Shown piece after piece: positions 57,442-64,000 of a stretch of 64,000 bases of DNA. Under the pieces are notes generated by a model. That model did not search any database. It saw only the letters and a list, made by a program, of their open reading frames with translations, and had not been told where the DNA came from. Location: assembly GCA_000165425.1 (NCBI GenBank), contig CT867989.1, positions 1 to 64,000 on the forward strand, in the 5' to 3' direction. The DNA comes from Paramecium tetraurelia. Its lineage: Eukaryota. Position numbers and translations under genes: made by a program. Numbering within the stretch: the stretch's first letter is position 1; each line of letters starts with the position of its first letter.

Positions 57442-58032
57442 TCATTGTTGTTTTTTTGTGCTAAAGTGGCTTAAGTAATTTTGGAGAATGGTTCTGGCAA
57501 AGGGTTTGACTCGGTTAAGACAACTCCTCAATTGTGCATCTGGTATTTATGCATGTTTCGATATGACGGTTAAATTGATACCGCCATATTAAGAATATAT
57601 GATATCAGATGCCAACTTTATTGCCAACGCATTCTAAATTTACTTTGGCAGTTTGTTCACCAACTATCTAATTGTATTGAGCATTATTTGACAAGCCTTC
57701 GTGGCCTTATTGTCCATTTTGAGTTTCTTGCATAAGTTAGGTAGACTATTGTTCAGTTGGGTCTCAATCAAAGAAGACAAAAACTGAATCTTCGAGTTAG
57801 CCATTACAGGCTCAAGATTCAATTACTTCATTGCGATATGGATTACAGCCTAGGCATACTAGGATGAGTTGGGTATTTAAATCGAAGACAAAATTTAAAC
57901 ACATTGCTTCTCAATCTCCATGTTTAGATCCATTTTGCCAATTTAATGGCTAATTTCTTCATATAATGAAATTTATTTTGTGGGAGTTTATTCTCCTTCC
58001 GTAAATTTGGGAATGGGAGTCCATTTTGACAT
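57442..58032 (-). CDS. Helical protein, possibly cyclin/TFIIB-fold
   Basis: Intronless MSKWTPIPKF...LPNLCKKLKMD...ALAIKLASDII...STKKQQ*; the fold call is an inference. Confidence 0.7.
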
Positions 58033-59190
58033 TCTTTTTGATTATTTATTAATTAAAATCAAAAATTCTAATTAATTCAAGAATGACACCGCAACTAAAC
58101 ATACAAATTTTAAAATACACCAATATCAAATATCTTCTATAATATAAGATAAATTAATCTTTACTTTTCTTAATTCATCCCATGAACACATCACCTTTGA
58201 AAAGGAACACCCTTTGGAGCATATAACATCTTTATTATCATTTTAATATAAATGTAAGCAATATATTCCACATTATCAAATATTTTAGTTGATTAAAAAC
58301 CGTTTACAGCATAATTATAAAATCCTTTAAATGTGATTTTTAATCAAAAGGTATTAGGATGTAGAAATACAGCTTATTATTCATTTTAATCAGATAGAGT
58401 AACAAAAGGATGATGATAAATTTTAGCATAAAAAATAAATTTTTATATTTGAATAAATTAGCAGATATTATTACCTATTATTTTGTACAGCATTCGATTA
58501 TACAGTTTAAATATGTTTAACAGAAATCATAATATATAAATCTGAATATAAAGTAAAGTGATATAATTTTTAAATGAATCAACTCATTCTTACTCAAAAA
58601 ATATTTCTTTTTAATTGAACACACAGATAATCTTTGGATATATATACAATCTAAATAAGAAAAAGGTGTATTATATTTTAAATTTATAAGATTTCAAGAA
58701 ATAACTGTTATGGTATAAATTATAAATGTTATATATATAATTATATTTCAATAAAACTAATTAGATATCTAGAAAAATTCTGAATGGAATAATTGACTTT
58801 TATATAATTAAGCAAACAAGAGTAATGAAATTGTTCAAATTTTTATATAAATCTTTTTTAAATTCTTATTAAAATAATCTCAATATTATGACACACAGAA
58901 TCAAACCAAAAATATTTGATAAAATTTTTAATATAAATAGGAGGTGGAAAACATTTAAATAGAATTTCTTCCCAGGGGTCACTCGATGTTTGGGTCTTCT
59001 TCTGAAATTGGTTTCGTTCATTCTTTTTACGGTGAGGTTTTTGGTGGTTCAGTTAAAATAAGATTCTTAGGTCTAATTTTATTTGTCTTCATCTTCTAAT
59101 TGCCATTTGGAAACAGTGAGTTGTATTTCTTGGGAGAATTCGATTTCCGTTGATTAATTTATGAATATTAAATTTATTGAGAATTGATAA

Positions 59191-60136
59191 TCAAAATTAG
59201 TTATATAATTGTGTTCTTTCATACTTATAGAAATTGTGATTGTCTTTCAAATCGTCTCTTTCCATTCTCTCTTTGGATTCGCATATCTTGTATTTGTATG
59301 TGCACAAGTTGTGATTTTTCTTAAACTCTTTAAACTTGGATTAATCGAAATTGCATCTGTTTAAATTGCAGTAATATTTCAATTGTTTGCTAACCAAATA
59401 CATTTATAAATAAATTTCTTAGGTCTAATTCATATCATGGGTGCTCATGAATTTAGACAATAAATCGATGGTTTGATTCTGATATGAAACAAGATCTTTG
59501 AGAATTAAATCAAAACAAAAACGAAGTCTCGAATTTCTCTGGCCTTCAATTATTCTTAATCCCAAACATTAGATATTTTAGATGACGAAACAATCTATAA
59601 CGGGAATATCACAAAGTTGCTACATGCACACTCTTTTTAAATAGATGTAATAGACCTGTAGAATCTATTGGTAAGTTAGAGGTTCTCTGACTTCTTAAAA
59701 ATAGATTTTCTTATCAGTCGCACTCTACCTGTAATTCTGTTCATCTTTGAAGTAATTTTACTCCAGAGACTGCTTAGGCGCGTTATCCCAACTAGGTGCC
59801 ACGTTCACACTTTTAGAGATGGTCAAGTTCAATTCAGTGGGCAGTCTCTCCAATACAAAACTTGTGTTGAGTGTGTTGGTTATCATGCTTATATTGCAGT
59901 CGGCGAATACGTCCTTCGGGAGAGAACATTATTGAATCATATAATGAAATACACTTAGGAGTCGTAATATTTATTCAGGGGACAAAGAACCATCAAATGG
60001 TTTTGATAGTTCTTGGAAAACTTTCGAAAGGCCTATCAAAATACCATAGAAGCATACCAATTTTTAGTATCTATTCACTTATGTCAATCTCATCATTTTT
60101 ATGATTCATCATGTGAATTAGAGTTTGTTTAATCAT
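59191..60136 (-). CDS. ANTH-domain-like protein (AP180/PICALM family)
   Basis: LRLLSVFHYMIQ, YYIYLKRV, CFDLILKDLVSYQNQTIDLLSKF resemble ANTH helices; 3' end uncertain. Confidence 0.65.
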
Positions 60137-60154
60137 TTTTAATAAATAATTATA

Positions 60155-60877
60155 TCAGGAAATAAATCTCCCTGTAATAGGATCTCTACTACCCATTCTA
60201 TACTAAGGGATCTCGGAAGTGTTAAATGATTGATGTTTCTTCTCTGTAGTCGGATTCCAATAGTCAAAAGCAGATGCCTTTTTTATTCTTTCCTAATTTG
60301 CCTAATGGTCATACAGCCACAGCACATACCTCATGATTAGTAATGATATCGTATTTCTCTGGTTTCGGATGATACACCAATTGTCTTTAGGGGGGTTTGG
60401 GTTCTTGAGCAATCAGTTAGGCAGTCTTGTAATTTGGATGGTCATCGCCCATCACTATTTGAGTGGCCATCAAGGTAAGCTTGTCTCTAATAGGTTTGGC
60501 TCTGGGGGGATTCTGATAGTCCTTATAATTCTTGTATTCGGAGTTGAAGTGAGTATCCTTTTTGTAAGGCACATTAATGTGATCAATATGTATGGTTGAT
60601 GGATGCATATTGGCGCACTAAATAACGATTACAACATCAGTACATTGTCCCTTTTCACTACATCTTTGTTGGGCTTATAGTCTACTTCATAAACGGTTTC
60701 ATTTGATTATTGCCATGGTTTCCATCCGATGTTGTAGTGATGTTCTCTCTATTCCATGCCTATTGGAGGAGCGTACTTGCCTACTCCGACATTCAGGTTG
60801 TCTGAAATCCCCTTAAATACCCCTTTATACCCTTCAGTCTGAGGTCCTGGATCTCTTTGAATTTTACGAACGCTCAT
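60155..60877 (-). CDS. Uncharacterised protein, possibly ciliary/cytoskeletal
   Basis: MSVRKIQRDPGP..., TVYEVDYKP, TQIVMGDDHPNYKT, YDIITNHE, RDPITGRFIS*. Confidence 0.7.
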
Positions 60878-61074
60878 ATTTTATTATATTAATCATAATA
60901 TTTTCTCAAGTTTCCCAATTCTCAATCCCAATTGAATATCATAAGAAATACTTAGATTTCATGTGTGTAAATATTTTTGAGTTTACTGATTGCAATTTAG
61001 AGGGACGAATTACCAAACCTACAATAATAATTAGCTAATCCATAATTGATTGTAAAAATAAATATTTTTAAAAA

Positions 61075-61559
61075 TCAATTTGTTATAAAATTAGATTACA
61101 TTTATTGTTGCCCCAATTCCACCCTAACCTTCTCCATTATGGAGTCAATTATATCCTCATTGTTTTCGTCTTCCTATTGGAAGTACTTAATTTTTTCTTT
61201 GTTTTAAATGTCCTTCAATTTTTCCAATTATTTCTTATCCTTTAGTTTTTAGAGCTGTTTCTCTTTTTTATGTTTCTCATAAAGGAAATCACTAAAACTC
61301 TTTAAATCATCTCAACAAATACAATAATTGAATAGCTTTGATAAGGCGAAAAGGCTTGCACGACTTTCGGATTCAGCTTTAAAGGAACTCTTCGAAACTA
61401 TTGATTATACGATCCAATTTGCTGTGCTCTTGGCAATGATATAATGTCCTTAACATTCGGTTCTATAATCATTCTTGCATGTATTCTTTTGGTCGAATTC
61501 ATATTCGGATTAGTAGTTACGTGTAAGGAAGGAAGAGAAGGTTATGCTTTTTCGTGCAT
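61075..61559 (-). CDS. Small uncharacterised protein
   Basis: MHEKAQPSLPSLH...; a 23-nt intron restores the frame; K/E-rich C-terminus. Confidence 0.7.
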
Positions 61560-61589
61560 ATTAATAAAATATTTAATTAATTAAATAAT

Positions 61590-62573
61590 TCACTTAACCT
61601 TGTAAGAGTCCTTGTCCTTCTTCTTCTTTTCTTCGTCCTTATCCTCCAAAGGAATGACACATTTGATCAACCGATTGGATCCATTTGAATTGTCAGTCAA
61701 ATAGAGGTTAGTTGGTTTAATGATGGAAAAGCACATTCCTGTTATTTCTGGACTTCCTGGAATCAGAATGTTTTCTAAAAGTTAGCCTTAAGGATTTAAA
61801 ACGGATATCAAACCCACATCGTGTTCATTGCCTACTGAAAATTCATAACGAGCAACATAAAGGAAATCCGATTGAGAAATTACAAGTGCTGTGGGTCCAA
61901 ACCTGCCTGAAAATTAATGATACACACTTTTATAATAGCATAAAAGTCATACCTAAATGCGTAGATCCCAGAATTTGTAAGCACAAACCTTATGATACGA
62001 TTCTCACATGTCTCACTGACAAATAAGTTCTTCTCATCATGACTCAAAGCCAAACCACTTGGATGGGCTAAACATCTGTATGCTAAGGCAGTTGGCTTGA
62101 TTTCTGGACCGTCTACGTCAACCATGAAAACTGAGCCAATTGGGTTTTCAACACTAGTTTCCCCAAAAGGACCTGAATCTGTAAAAAATATTGCATCTAG
62201 GATTTAAATCACATTCTCGATTACTTAAGGTGACATACGAGATGATAACTTAATTGGGACCCAAGAAAGGCATTCCTTCATATTCAGTGACAAAATCCTT
62301 GGCTCCTTCTTAGAGTTGATTAGTTGATGACAGTTAATTTAATTGCTTGTATGTAATTGCTTGATGTGCCATGTCAGCAATATAGATTACTGTATGATCT
62401 CGTTCTATTGTAATTGATGATGGTTGTCCTCCCATTCTGGTGTCAATTTTGAGTTCGTTATTCATTATTAAAATGTCTCCATTCTCAGATACCATATAGA
62501 TGGATCCATTGACTTCATGTGGTGAGGAAAGAGGATTTGAAAAAGAGCAAATTTTTTCTGCAGTTACTTACAT
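61590..62573 (-). CDS. SMP-30/gluconolactonase/strictosidine synthase-like beta-propeller
   Basis: IYIADMAH, YEGMPFLGPN, FFTDSGPFGET, LAHPSGLALSHDEKNLFVSET, GPEITGMCF. Confidence 0.85.
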
Positions 62574-63334
62574 AAGCAAAATTAATTAATAGTTATTTAT
62601 AAACCAAAATCAATTTTTATTCGCAATTCATGAATTTGAAAAAAATCAATAATTTCATCACTTATCATAAATGGAGTAATTTAGGTTTAGATAAAAATAG
62701 ATTTTGTTGAAATCATAATACTAAAAATATAGACTATCCTAATTGACAAATTTTTACAACCATTAATAGGAGAATATCATTGGAATTCTCATTTACTTGC
62801 TAAAGAGAATTTCCTACAGTTCTAATATTCATCATTGATGTATTTTACAATTATCGATGTTCTGATTTATATATTGTTATCAGATTATAGGCAGTGTAAG
62901 AATCATTTAGAAACCTTTTGTTTGGTTTTAGAGATGTAGCTTTTTATTGGAGATTTGATCTAATGTATATAACTTTGAAGAAATAATAATAATTATTGTC
63001 TTAGATGAAGAATATTTCTAACTCCTTTAATAATGGTAAATGTAATGTTTGAACATCAAATGAAGATAAAAGAAAGTTCAAATACTGATATCGAATACCA
63101 TTTTAAGAATTGCCTTGCTACTTTGATAGTTTAATTGTTTTTCTGATGAGTCAAATGCGAACGATTATTTGTAATGATTTCGGAAAGTGCATAAATAAGG
63201 TAGAAATATCAAGCAATTGGAGTTATGAGGCTTAATGAGGTTGTTTTGCTTTTGGGAGTATTGGAGATTAAACTATTAATTTGATATTGGTTTTATATAA
63301 TTAAAAAATTAAATTAAAATGTGTTTTTCCACAT

Positions 63335-63349
63335 GTTCTAGAATATTCA
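63335..63349. promoter_or_regulatory. Perfect three-unit heat-shock element upstream of BiP
   Basis: gTTCtaGAAtaTTCa about 70 nt before the ATG. Confidence 0.6.
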
Positions 63350-63415
63350 ACATATATATTTTTAAGAAAAGTTAAAAGAAAATTAATATTATTTATTTTT
63401 CACACGTCACAAATT

Positions 63416-64000
63416 ATGAAAACAATTATCCTCGTCGTACTTCTACTCGGAGCATGGGCATAGGAAAAGTCAAACAAAGTTGAATGCCCTGTCATTGGTA
63501 TTGATTTGGGAACAACATATTCATGTGTTGGAATTTACAAAAATGGAAATGTCGAAATCATTCCAAACGAATAAGGAAACAGAATTACACCCTCAGTTGT
63601 AGCATTTACAGATGAAGAACGTCTCATCGGAGAAGCTGCCAAAAACTAAGCAGCCATCAACCCTACCAGAACACTCTACGATGTCAAGAGATTGATTGGA
63701 AGAAAGTAAGAATATTAATCTTATAGTATTTTAGATTCACAGATTCCACAGTCCAATATGATAAAAAGTTTATGCCATATGATATCGTTGATAAGGACAC
63801 CAAACCATACATTAAAGTCACCAACATCAAGGGTCATCAATCCAAGATCTTTTCCCCTGAAGAAATTTCAGCTATGGTTTTGACCAAAATGAAGGAAATC
63901 TCAGAAACCTATTTGGGAAAGAAAGTTATTAATGCAGTTGTCACAGTGCCTGCCTATTTCAATGATGCTTAAAGACAAGCTACCAAAGATGCAGGAACCA
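63416..64000 (+). CDS. BiP: ER Hsp70 (BiP/GRP78), truncated by the window end
   Basis: Signal peptide [65 protein letters not shown]. Confidence 0.96.

Noticed and set aside
59200..59400. Cys-containing stretch as a tesmin/CXC domain
   Set aside because: Cys spacing does not fit; the upstream sequence fits ANTH better
62670..63290. Possible gene between the SMP-30-like gene and BiP
   Set aside because: No consistent frame or motif could be assembled

Overview
This is AT-rich eukaryotic DNA from a ciliate, almost certainly a Paramecium macronuclear assembly. TAA/TAG read as Gln, TGA is the only stop, GT-AG introns are about 21-30 nt and intergenic spacers are tiny, so the supplied standard-code ORF track fragments nearly every gene; all translations here were done by hand with the ciliate code. 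The left ~20 kb is rich in decayed genes: a 12-bp repeat, a Cys-rich surface-protein pseudogene and a frameshifted CFAP52. It also holds a CTL transporter and a pentapeptide + 21x WD40 gene. The rest is gene-dense: LITAF, aspartyl aminopeptidase, DHHC, kinases, H2A, succinyl-CoA ligase beta, kinesin-13, ANTH, SMP-30-like and BiP. A 33-47 kb accessory block carries a small secreted cationic protein, an acylated pseudokinase and two AIG1-like GTPase paralogues. Highlights are a DCX/KHA-like domain fused to a Ras-family GTPase, a geminin-like protein sharing a GCGGGTTTRAA upstream motif with histone H2A, a SAP-like domain on kinesin-13, and an inverted ~3 kb segmental duplication ~48 kb apart.
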